Position numbers and translations under genes: made by a program. Of a stretch of 64,000 bases of DNA, positions 12,511 through 24,640 are shown one piece after another. The stretch is from Balanoglossus misakiensis (Eukaryota; Animalia; Hemichordata): NCBI GenBank assembly GCA_040954595.2, contig CM082589.2, positions 9,002,894 to 9,066,893 of the forward strand. The letters run 5' to 3'. The notes beneath the pieces were generated by a model. It had not been told where the DNA came from and did no database searches. It was given only the letters and a program-made list of their open reading frames with translations. Each line of letters begins with the position of its first letter. Positions within the stretch are counted from its first letter, which is position 1.

Positions 12511-13348
12511 TTTATTATCAAATACATACAAATCTCCATATTAGTGGTGTTACATATTTTCAACCTCGATTAAAAATATTTGTAAAAGTACTAAGGCAAA
12601 TATGGAGCATAATGATAATCACCAAAATTCAGCTAGACAGATAAAAATTCAAATGGTTATTTCACCAGGTAAAATTCCTCAAATTTACAAGCAAATTGGT
12701 ATATTATCAGTGTTTCAGCCAGCTTTTGAAAGCTCACGGTACTAGAAATATCTCATGATTCATTCTGATTTGTACCAACAGATAATCCTCAGTCAAATCA
12801 GACATAGTGCACATGTGAACAGAGAATTGTAGATCACTAATACCAAGTTCGAGATCGTACTTTTAAGGCAAATCTTACTGTGAATAACCATTTCAAATTA
12901 TTTTTTAAATTATGCATTATTGAGAGAGGAGCTACTAATTTTATAAAATAATCAAGCAATTGCATAGCCAGCTATACAAAGAAGTTTGAAGTAAAACAGG
13001 GACACTTGAAATACCCGTTTAATCAAACAAAAATTGATTTTTCTATTGACAGAACAAATGAAATGTACATGTTAACTGTCTACAGAGACTGGCCACCTCA
13101 GTTAGTCCTTTGCGTGTTTCCTCCAAAGTGTGACATTTGCAGTTCATGAATACTTTGATTCCTATGGCTTTTAAATTTTGATTTTGAAATTTTCACTCTA
13201 ATTGCTCAACATACTTTTCCTAGATAAAAACAAATAAATTTATATGTACTTCATATCATTGTTAGCATGTAAAACAGAAAAAGTTATTAAATGGGCAACG
13301 TTCAATGATACAAATCATGGACAATTGTGGGTAAAATATTGTACTGTG

Positions 13349-16300
13349 AAGCATGGGGATATTGTGACCCACAGCAGGTTAGAAAGGGGGACAAATCATG
13401 TTGTCGGGGGACAATATATCAGGACAGGGTTCTCCCTGGGAATAATCATAGAGTCGGGGCTAATTTCCATAAAATTTACATAATCATAGCTTCTTTTGGA
13501 CATCACTAAGGCCCCTCAACATCGATAGAAAATATTTAATGTTATAGCTTTATCAAGTGAATTTTGTGACGTCATTGCTGTAAATTATTACTGATAATGT
13601 ATCGTGTTTTGAAGTGGACGCGCGACACACTCAAGAACCAGCCAGACGTGGACAATTTCTGACTAAATAACGGAGCTTTCAAACAATGCAAACAATTTAA
13701 GGGCTAAAAAAGAAATGCAAACATACACAGAATAAATACAATGTACTGCGATATTTATTAATTTCAAATCTGACCTTGGCTAGCACTTTGTTTATTTTTT
13801 TCTTCCTAATGCGGCACTACATGTCATCTGCTCTTGAATCACGCGCAGTCAACATGGCTCGGTCCTGCATGTAAAGCAAACCTCTCGATGATGCTGGATT
13901 TGACATTCGTTTACCATACATACCGTGCACCATGTACCAAGCAGTCATGTCAACAAAGTTATACGTAAAAAGTTATGCCACAATTGTCACTGTCGTGTTG
14001 TCTACGCGGTATGGAGGGTCGATAGAGGGAGAGTTTGTTTATGTATTTCAACCTTCCGAGCACCCGTATACGTGAACTTTCCTGAGAACGCCAATGAATG
14101 CAAATATTGCCCATGTCCACGCCAAGATTTCACAAAAATCAAAACTTTTTCAGATATATTTCAGCAGAACCCTTAATGTATTTTCACTTGCATTAAAAAA
14201 CCTTCTTTATTTATTTCCTGATGTTTGAATATGATACTAGAAATGTACAGTACATGGATTGACTGCAATCAGCTGATCTTTTGTTTACGCCATTCCTCTG
14301 TTTTCGATATCCGTGATCGAGTCTGAGTTTTTCTGTGATTTTTTTTTTTTTTTTGGGGGGGGGGAGGGGAAAGATCAACATTCAGGATTAGATTAAAGGT
14401 ACATGAGCTGCAACTGGATAACAAATTTAAGTTTAAATAATCCCATATATCCTTTGAATTATGTCTATTAAATGATATTTCAAAATAGTATATCAAGATC
14501 ACTTATTTATGACAAAATGGCCAAAAGTTAAAGAAAATCGAAAATTCCTGCAATATTGCGATTAAAAATGAAAATGTAATGTCCCAGCGGTGTACATTTT
14601 TACTTCCATAATTGCAGTTGATGAGATCATGCTTTGTTTATGAAATTTTATAGTGGGAAATGCAACGTTTTCCTTCTTTCTAGCATTTTGTCACAGTGGC
14701 GGCCATATTCATTTGCAGTTTACTGGCCATGGGCCGCTGTTAATTTTATAACCCTGTGCAGACGCACAGACACATGGCATGACCTCCAACAAAAGTTGCT
14801 TCATCTTTTGTCATGTTTAGCTGAGTTGTTACAATGCGCACACGCGCTCAGTACGTTGCTTGTGTTACTAGGCTATTGATGCAATTTACAGGACGCCTGT
14901 CTAGAGATAACTTGTGCACTGAATGAAATGGCAGCGCACTGCTCTTGACAGCGTGCAGAGCTGCATTGCTTCTTGGGTGATTCAAGCCGTGGAAGGCGTG
15001 AAATCACTCAAATGTGTTCACTAATTGTCAAGAATTGAAAGGAAGTAGCCAGTTACAGTGAAAGCAAAGGTGGATGCAGAACAAAAGTGTGGGAGGTGAC
15101 AATCTGTCATGTTGTTGTTCACTCAGTAAGAATGTGTCAGAGTGACCCATGAAGATTTATTTTGTTGTGACAATCCAATATTTATTGCATCAAATGTCGC
15201 AAGGACGCACGCAAGCTGAAACACTGTATATTGTTTTATTTCTATCATTTGGGATTTTAGATAGTATTAGTGTTTTAAACACAGAGAGAGCACCTATTTA
15301 AGATTCTAAGCCACCCATTTGTTTTTCCAACTTATTATCTGAAACTTCCTACTTTTCATTAAAATTTTACAAAGCAAAGATAGTTCTGATAGACAGACAA
15401 AAACTACTTGTATGATAAAATTATACTGTTACCAAGTGAAGGAATGTCTTGCTTGTGTCTAGAAATCCCATGTTATCACAGTCTACTGGTTAGGGTCACA
15501 GTCTACTACCTTGCAGGCCTACAGATATTCAGATGACTGCTTTCAGGACAGTTACACTTGAACATTGCAGCCTTCTATTGCACTTGCACCTTAACCTTTA
15601 ACCCCAATCTAACCTCTAACATTAACCTCTAACCTCTAACCACTAACCTAAATAGCAGGCAGGAATGTCCACGTTTTCTGTCCTTGAAGTTGATACCCTC
15701 TGAATATTTGGCAAAAGTCACATTGTCTTTACACTTAAACAAAAGTGCCCATGTTGTATGACTGCCTACCAAATATGCTCTCTCTTTCAGTATTTCAGCT
15801 AGCGTGCGGCCTTGCGACATTTGACGCAATAAATGTTGGATTGTCACAACGGAATAATCTTCATGGGTCACTGTGATGCATTCTTCCTCAGTGAGCAACA
15901 ATGTGACTGATTGTCACCCCTGCACTTTTGCTTTGCGTCCACCGTTGCTTTCACTGTAACTAGCTACTCCCTTTCAATTTTTGATAATTTAGTGAACGCA
16001 ACTGAGTGATTTCACACCTTCCACGGCTTGAATCACCCAAGAAGCAATGCAGCTCTGCACGCTGTCAAGAGCAGTGCGCTGCCATTTCATTCAGTGCACA
16101 AGTTATCTCTAGACAGGCGTCCTATAAATCGCATCAATAGCCTAGTAACACAAGCAATGCACTGAGCGCGTGCGCGCATTGTAACAACTCAGCTAAACAT
16201 GACATAAGATGAAGCAACTTTTGTTGGAGGTCATGCCATGTGTCTGTGCGTCTGCACAGGCTTATAAAATTAACAGCTCCCCAGGGCCGGTAATAATTGC

Positions 16301-17436
16301 AAAGGCAGGTAAATTTCATGGCCACCTGCCCTGATTTATGTCTACTTGATAAGGTAAACTTTTTAATTACTTTGCACTATTTGATTTTGTTTAGGATAGG
16401 ATGATGGGGTATGATTGCAAAAAAAAAAAAAATATTATCAATTGAAAGTAATTAATCTGATCCTGAATGTTGATCTTTCCCCCCAAAGAAAAAACAATAC
16501 ACGATAACATTTCTTCACCAATGGCAGTATATCATAATTAACACAGAATCTGAGATGTCTTAATTGTCTTAGGAAATGTCCAATTTCTAAAAATTACATA
16601 ATGTAGTAGGATGTAAAAGACAACCCGCACTGAAAACCTGTGAACTTGGCATGGGCAGGCAGTGTTTCATCCAGGACACAGGTGAATTAGGCGTTCTGTT
16701 CGGGGAAACAAATAATCAAATAAATAAACAAACAAATAAGAATCAACAACCACCATCATGATAAACAATGCAGTGTCTTGAATTAAGCCAACCACTTGTG
16801 CGATCGAGCAGCTGACACACGAAGTGGCTTGTGTCAAAGGTCCCATCCGTATGTTAGTAAATTGGCATATAGCAGGAAGCTGTCCAACTCCAACTTGAAA
16901 ACTGCTCGACACTGTTGAATATTTGCCATTTTTTACCCTCTAAATGTCTGACATGTATAAAATTTCTACCCCATTTTAAAACATCAATAAACAGGCTATC
17001 ATATCAGCATCGATTTATCAGTCTCTCTTACTACTGGTTGTTGCTAGCGCGTAAAAAAATATGACAACATCACAGTTTTTGAGGCGCATAGCAAGTCGTG
17101 GGAACATCAGGGTGTTTTATTGGAGTGGACGTCGTAACCCCATGTCAATTTCAAATACTTCCACTAGTAATAGTATTTCACTAGGCCTACTTTACTCTGG
17201 ATATAAAAAAAGACAATATTCTTTCTTAGTAAGTACGATGTGCCAATGTCAGCATACTTGATAAGTAACGGCCGTGGTAAAATTGTCCAAAAGAAGCTAT
17301 GATTATGTAAATTTTATGGGAATTAGTCCTGACTCTATGATTTTTCCCAGGGAGAACACTGTCCTGATATATTGTCCCCCGAAAATGTGATCTGTCCCCC
17401 TTTTAACCTGCTGCGGGTCACAATCTTCCCATGCTT
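13349..17436. mobile_element. Large relic bounded by ~155-bp inverted repeats (13349-13502 / 17285-17436)
   Basis: aagcatggggatattgtgaccc...cttcttttggaca is the reverse complement of tgtccaaaagaag...cccatgctt; no clear TSD. Confidence 0.65.
14712..16303. repeat. Long inverted repeat, ~515-bp arms (14712-15226 / 15788-16303) with ~560-bp spacer
   Basis: Mirror ORFs 14634..14879(+) and 16134..16325(-) are nearly identical; arms align by eye. Confidence 0.9.
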
Positions 17437-17689
17437 TCAAAAGCTGGCTGGACTTTGAAGTGGCAAATTTAATTCAACAAAAGGGAACATGTAGCCAGGC
17501 CAAAGACAGCACATGTTTTGTAAGAACCGTTGTATAGTTTTTATCAAAAATTTAATGCATTTCTGTTTCAAGGCTGAAGTAGTGAGGATTAATCCTTGTT
17601 CATAGGTTGTCACACTCTGTAAGTACCACTATTTTCATATCCATAAAAAAAATTTTTATAAAATGTATGATCTCCAACGATGCATCACA

Positions 17690-18200
17690 GGGAAATTTTT
17701 TACGACTTTTCTGCTAGTTTATTTTATGAGACCATTAAAAGGCTTCCTGTCATTATAGGGACTACTCTCATTTGCATGTTGCATATTTGCTGCATTTTTA
17801 TCACCAAGCTTTTCAAATTCTTCTACGGATGCATTGATATCAGGGGACAACAGTCTTATTGTTGCAAATCCCATGGTTTAGACCCCCAAGGCACTGGCTA
17901 TTCTTTGTTTTTGGATGAAACTGGTTTTCCTTCTGGGCCCTCTGAGTCAGTTATGCAAGTGCAATTCATTGTTAATGACATTGCCTCTGCTGGATTGGCA
18001 GTTGCAGGGGTTAATCATAGCACCTCACAAATGATCCACAAGACTGACAAATTGGTTGAAGACCTGGAGAAATTCACGCAAAGTGAATACTGCTGGGAGC
18101 TATATTGAAACACAATGTAGACAGACACATTTCACAATACCATCCAATATGCTATGGCATCAATATTCAATCAGTCACTGTTAAACATTCAGTCTGCATG
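17690..18200 (+). pseudogene. Decayed coding-like relic, paralogous to 6560-7090
   Basis: ORF 17680..18108 aligns by eye with minus-strand translations of 6560-7090. Confidence 0.45.
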
Positions 18201-18480
18201 ACTTGTGTACTTTCCATCTTGTTGTAAGAGTTGCTCGATTTGCTTGACATCTCTTGCTTTGGCTGTATTTGCCTGAATGGCAAATCTGCAAATTGTTTGA
18301 AATCTTTTATTTTATCTTTGATTGTAATCATTTATCTTGTTTGAATACATTTTTTAGTTTTGATGCAATTTTTCTGACCTTTACTTAGTGTTTGTAGTTG
18401 TTTATTCCACAACATTGTTTTTGTTTAAAACCCAAGTTGTGAGTTTTCTCAAGAAGATACAAGTGACAGTTTGAAAAGCG

Positions 18481-18529
<49 letters not shown>

Positions 18530-18873
18530 AACTCGAATACTGGCGTAGCTTGTTCACTCGATTGCTGCAACCTCCAATGAAAAGTTACAATGAATCGGTA
18601 GCAGATCATGCAAATGCCTGTTGATCTCCGACCTATTTGAAACTAAAGTAAAATGTGTGGACACAAGATTTTGAAGTCCCTGATAAGAAATGTTTACCCA
18701 CTTATGATAAAAAAAGTAGCGCCCTAACCATAGCACATGAGAACCCGTCTTAACAATTTCCTCAGGGTGCCTCAAGTAAATTTGATTTTGAAATGTCCTC
18801 TGAAATGCCCCAACCAGTCTTCGCCCAAACTGCCCCCCCCCCTCCTCCTCAGTAATACCCATTTTGATAAACC

Positions 18874-18975
18874 TGTCTGTCTGTCCATCTGTCCGTCCAT
18901 CCGTCCGTCTGTCCGTCCGTCCGTCTGTCTGTCTGTCCATCCGTCCGTCCATCCGTCCGTCTGTCTGTCTGTCTG
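18874..18975. repeat. (GTCT/GTCC)n microsatellite, followed by (GTTA)n at about 19020-19080
   Basis: Read directly from the sequence. Confidence 0.95.
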
Positions 18976-19039
18976 AGTGAGTGAGTGAGTGTACACATGT
19001 ATTTGTCCAAACTTTTGAATAGTTTAGTTAGTTAGTTAG

Positions 19040-19071
<32 letters not shown>

Positions 19072-19689
19072 CAGTTCTTAGTTAATTAGTATAAGTTTAG
19101 TATTTAGTTAATTAGGCTTATTAGTTTAGGAAGCATAGGTTTAGTTAGCGTACATTTATTTACTTAGTTTATTTACTCAGTGTATATATTTATTTATTTT
19201 ATTTATTTAGTTCAATGCAGATGTGTACACTTATTATTAAAAATTTAAAAAAATAAATATTTTTTAAATGTGTGGTCATATATCTGCACTGACTGGAGGT
19301 GTAATATGAATTCTGGCTGCCTTAAATAGGATTTCACTCTGTGCTAGGGGGGTCAAATCACATTGCATTCTGGGCAAAAAGTCGACAACCCACTGTAGTA
19401 AGAGTTAGAAGAAATGATATGTTTACTGTATTTCATGACTTCCTTTGGACAAACATGTCTATTTTTGTAGTTAGCAACTCATTTTAACTTTTTTCACATT
19501 TTGTTATTTTTTATGTTAAAAAGTTTCAGAATGACCCATCATCACTTTAGCTCATGAACTCCCATTTTTTAAACATGGCAAAAATCGGCCATCTTGAAAT
19601 TGTGTTGACCATATGAGATTTTCATCACTCACTTACATATGTAGGTAGCTTAAAACCTATTTAAGGTGGGGAGAATTGGTTGCTGTAAC

Positions 19690-19717
19690 CGTGGAGGTAC
19701 TAGAGAGTACCTCCATG
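19690..19717. mobile_element. 28-bp micro-MITE with P-like termini and 7-bp TSD
   Basis: ctgtaac|cgtggaggtact agag agtacctccatg|ctgtaac. Confidence 0.6.
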
Positions 19718-20774
19718 CTGTAACAAAGCTTTCATTTATTCTGAGGGGCGGAGGCACGAGAAATTGGGGTCAATCAGTCGTGTTAAATGCAGATCTCTCC
19801 CAGCAGCAGAAAATTTAATAAGTGTTACCCTCCCTCTATATTAGTCCAAATTTGTATAATGACGTAACCCTCGCATAAAGGGTATGTTAAATTTAGATGC
19901 AAGTATGACACCTCAGCTTGGTCATATCAAACTGTACCCACAGTGCTTCAATGTGACCCTCTCTCTAGTCCTCATTTGTATGATGCAAGTCTACCAGAAA
20001 GGACTATGTTAAGTGTCCACCTTCTTGGTCCCATAAAATCTATCCAAATAAACAAGGTTGTTTATGGTTTTTACCAACATCAAGAATCAGGCATACAGAG
20101 GTAATTGACCAAACAATACAATTCGGACTTAAATCATAATTGTATAATTATAAAATTCTGAGTTCTCACTAAGCAGGCGCCGGGCCATCAAGACATCTGG
20201 TCAGCTACTTTGCAGAACAGGTCACCTATTCTTTCTCTATCAACAGTACCAGAGAATAGCACCATGGCATTCTATGTCTAAGTTTGTCAATCAACCAACC
20301 AAGTGAAAAACAAGATCCTAATTCAACCGTTGCCATTGCAAATAAACTTCAACATTTGAAATTAATGTCAGAGCAATGAATGTTGTAAAGTTGAAGGTCT
20401 GATTAACCATTATTGCCTTTGAACATCACCACATTATGACTCTGTGAGATGATCAATGCAGGACTGTGGCGGCTGCCAACTTAGTATAGGTTGCAAGATC
20501 AAAAATGTTTAGTTCTACTTTTTCTAGTGTTTGTTAAATATACCATAATTTTCAGTGATACCCTTGAAGAATAAGCTCAATGTCTCTTCTTTACACCTAC
20601 ATGATTTGATGAGAATGACTAATGTTTACAACAAAAACAACTTTTGTATTGTATTGTACTAAAAAGAATAATCTTATTATGGCTCAATAGTAAATTTTAA
20701 AAATAACAGTGTAAAACCAGGCAGAAACACAACAAAATCACGTCACCACAAAAAGGACAAAAACATTATACATA

Positions 20775-20990
20775 TCAGGGATTAACTTTCCTGGTGGCCA
20801 TTAGCACAAAGCTGTTGCTGAACCTCAGCTTAGACCACTTAAGGCAACGACGTCTATGACTTGAGGGTAACATTTCAAAGGAGAAATACAATGGATGCTT
20901 TACATCAGCAGTGATTGCACAAGCTCTGAGAGAACCGGTGTGGGTCTCCCAAAAGATGCTTGTTGCTTTTAACAATGGAAAGCAATAACA
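20775..20990 (-). mobile_element. LINE ORF2 C-terminal fragment (Rex/Babar- or CR1-group-like)
   Basis: ITADVKHPLYFSFEMLPSSHRRR...RFSNSFV resembles the I..D..HPL...F..LPSGRR...RF.NSF LINE tail. Confidence 0.65.
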
Positions 20991-22019
20991 CACATTGCAG
21001 TAAGTCCAGAGTGGTTCAACAATACTCCAGTAAACAAAAGTAGCAGATATGAATTAACATGAAAGGAACACAACCTCTTGAGCATGTGCAATCTTTGCTG
21101 TCATTTCTTTTGAATAGATGTTGTGTGCTGACTAAAGGAGAGTTAATTGTTAAGAATAACGCCAAGATACTTAAAAAAGACCACCTGTTCATTGGGTTCA
21201 CCATCAATACAAATTCGGACATTTGGTCCTGATACCCGACGAAAGTTAATGTTAAGGTGGCATTGCATGAAAAGTTGTGATTTTTGCCAAATTTTACTTT
21301 TTTACATAAATCGGTAGGCCTAATACTGACCCACATCCTGACCAATACGTCTTGGCGGAAATGGTGCATAATCACCCCAAAATAGCACTTTTCTGAATGA
21401 GTTCACAGCTTAACAAATAGTTGTCAACAATGCAAATGGCCGTTTTTCTCAGTGTGCATTTTCGCTGCTCTTGACAACTTCAGACGAAAATAGCTTCGCT
21501 CTGCATTGGCCGAATTTGCTCAAATGTTAACTGGGGATTGTGTATGACCCATCCAACAAAACGGTATTTTTGTTAGTCGATAAAGTGTCCCTGGCGGGAA
21601 TAAACTCTGATTCAATACAACTCACCGTGAATTTGATCAAATTTTACTAAAAATCTAACTTTCAAACGCTGTTACTCTTCAATGGAAGCAGATAACGCAA
21701 AACAAAATTACCGTTTTTTTGCACGTGTACTCTAGTTTCGAATGACATATTAAGATGCAGGATGCATGGTCAACTTTTTTACCTATTTTAAATTTTATGA
21801 CATAATATCAAACCAGATATTAACTGAATATGCTCACGTGCAGTACTGTGATTGGTTGACAGAATAACAAGATTAGAAAAACCAGTGTTAAACCAATTTG
21901 GTTTATAGTGTATATGGTGTAAGGGTTGTGTGTTGCACCATTGTGAAATGTAAACATGTTTGTGGAATTGTTGCCTTGTCAATTTTTGTGAGGGGTTATG
22001 AGTCATGTACCCCATCCTG

Positions 22020-22992
22020 AACTGCATAAAAAGATAAGTCTATGGAATTCTAAAACTCGTTGATCAAAAATGGCAAGAAATATACCAAAAAGTATGAATA
22101 TTTCACCAGATTTCAACAAATCTGATTTCTGTTCATGCCTAAGAACCTCTTTAACAAGTTTCAATAAGGAAGACATTTTGGCAAACAACAGGTAATTCAG
22201 ACGAATCTGACTGATATCACATATATGAATTCCCATTCAAAGTTTCCAATCAATTGGACTTGTGGTTTTACTGAAGACTATTTGGCCAAACCCTGCAGAA
22301 TTCCCAAAAAATACAATTATGCACATTTCTTTACAATTTGATCATATCTGACTGAGATCACCCCTAGAAACCCAAATACAAAGTATCAAAACAATTGCAC
22401 TTACAGTTTCACGGGATTTGATTTTTTGACAAAAACAGGAAATATTGCCCAAAAATGCATTTTTGCAAATTTCACCACCGTTTGCACAAATGTGATTCAG
22501 GTATGCCCTATGAACCTCCATACCAAGTTTCCAATCAATTGGACATGTAATTTCAGAGAAGAAATTTGTTTAACAAAACTGCAGAAAATTCCCCCAAAAA
22601 TTCATAAAAAATAGCAAACGCCAGATACTGACTCCACCTGAACAAAATCATACGAGGTCTTCCCATAGTACTTGCACACCAATGCACGCCAATTTTTAAC
22701 TGAATCTGATCCGCTGTTATTAAGTTTTTCAATTTTGACTATTTGAACATTTTTCCAGTTAATACCAGTATGCATTTTTTTGCAATAACAATTTCTATGT
22801 ACACACTAAATATCAGTAGTTTCAAGTTTTTGATGTTGATGGACATACACATACATACATCAATACATTTAGACGAATCTGATCCATTCGCAAAATACAT
22901 AATTCTGTATGAGGCACACATACAGACATACATAGACGACGGACACCAACTTATGCTATAAGCTGACATTGATATACATGTTAGCCAAAAAC
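22020..22992 (+). mobile_element. Decayed Helentron-associated (HINE-like) element
   Basis: Repeated aagtttccaatcaattggac blocks, (CATA/CAGA) tract, terminal hairpin-like agctgacat...atgttagc followed by aaaaa. Confidence 0.45.
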
Positions 22993-23899
22993 CAAAATCA
23001 ACCTCAAAATAGACATTAAAATATATTGCACCACCATGAGAAGACAAATTCATTCTTGGACAAATTTTCTGGGGCGTCATTGATATAGCATGGCATATTG
23101 TCAAAGTACGTAGTCTCTGTGATAAGATTCCATACACACAAAATGGTAACCTTGGAAGTCCAGCTGACGTAGTTATGCAATGGCGTCTCGTGTATTCCGT
23201 CGCCAAAAAATCATCGTAAAATTGATAATCGGGGTCACAATTCAAGACGACTTTCTCTAAATTCTTTATGAATGGATTAAATCGAAATCGAAATGTTGAC
23301 GTATGACGTACGGAATGAGATCTTAACAGACATTCAATGTTATCATTCTCGCTCGATCACATATTGGGTAGGCCATCTAGCAATCGCTATATAGTATTGG
23401 CGATAACAGACTGTCTATAAATTCACAAAACGGATTTTACTGTTGAGTGTGATCAACCGCCACGTTATTTTTCTCTGAACAATAGACAAATAGAAAGCCT
23501 GGTGACATTTTGAGATTGACTGCGTGAGGACCACAATATGCGTGAATCATTTACGGTTTGTCTTGATGAATGGGTCACGTCATAGTCATAACGCGGATTC
23601 GGCTGCACGCCAACTATCCGCCATATTGTCTCCACTAACTTACTCATTTGAAAAGAGTATTCGTCTGACGGTCCTGTAGATTAACAATTTACGCTCTATG
23701 AAGCAACTAAACAACGTTAGCTTCCTTGTGGATTCACGTAGGGAAGTTATTCGTAACGACGGGTACAGCGTCTGAGCATGGACAGAACCACGGCAATATC
23801 GCCAGGAATGTCTCATTTCACAGCGCCCTCAAACAGTCGATCTCCTCAAACTATCGTTTCCACTGGTCATATATGCAGCATTAACGAAAGCTCTCATAG

Positions 23900-24060
23900 A
23901 CAACCATGTAATAGAAAAATTAAAACTTTAATAACTTCATTAATATCAAAGCCACACCCACCAAAACCTTTTCAGTTCTTGCCATATGATATCTGAACCT
24001 GTGTACTAAATTTGGTTGAAATCGGTTCAGCGGTTCTTGAGATATCGGGTATACAGACAG

Positions 24061-24091
<31 letters not shown>

Positions 24092-24150
24092 TACACACAC
24101 ACAGACATCGCTAAACCATAAGCTCACGTGATTTTCACGTGAGCTAAAAA
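23900..24150 (+). mobile_element. 3' end of a HINE-like element
   Basis: aaatttggttgaaatcggttcagcggttcttgagatatc, (CA)n tract, terminal hairpin agctcacgtg-atttt-cacgtgagct then aaaaa. Confidence 0.55.
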
Positions 24151-24640
24151 TGGGGTTTTTAACCCAAAATCGCCACCATTTCTGTGATGTTTATTGAAAA
24201 ACTCTGACACTGAAGAATACTCGGAAAGTACAGACCATAATATGTGTACTACAATATCGAAGGGCATGATGGGTAATGCATACGTCATTGCTTAGGCAAT
24301 ATATATCACATCTCCCTTTTTTTTTTGAACTGAACACACAATAAATGTTCAAAGAATGTTTGCTTGTGAGTGAGAATGTCTTTCAATAATACTGTTCAGG
24401 TTTCATATAAACTGTCACCATTCATAGCATTGTAGGCATTTTCTAAACAAAACAACTGAAGTCTCTTGGTGTGAAACAAAACACAAAATTTTTTTTTTTT
24501 AACACTGTGTGGGAAGTCAGAGGTTCAAGCACTTGACTTCCAGTTGGAGAGGATCTTTACCATCCACTCTTACCAGAAACATATTCAGAACACTGGAACA
24601 ACATTTTTTTTTTTTTTTTTTTTTGTCAGCACAATCACTG

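Noticed and set aside
15590-15650. Degenerate (TAACCY)n tract as an interstitial telomere
   Set aside because: Short and imperfect; such tracts are common inside small dispersed repeats
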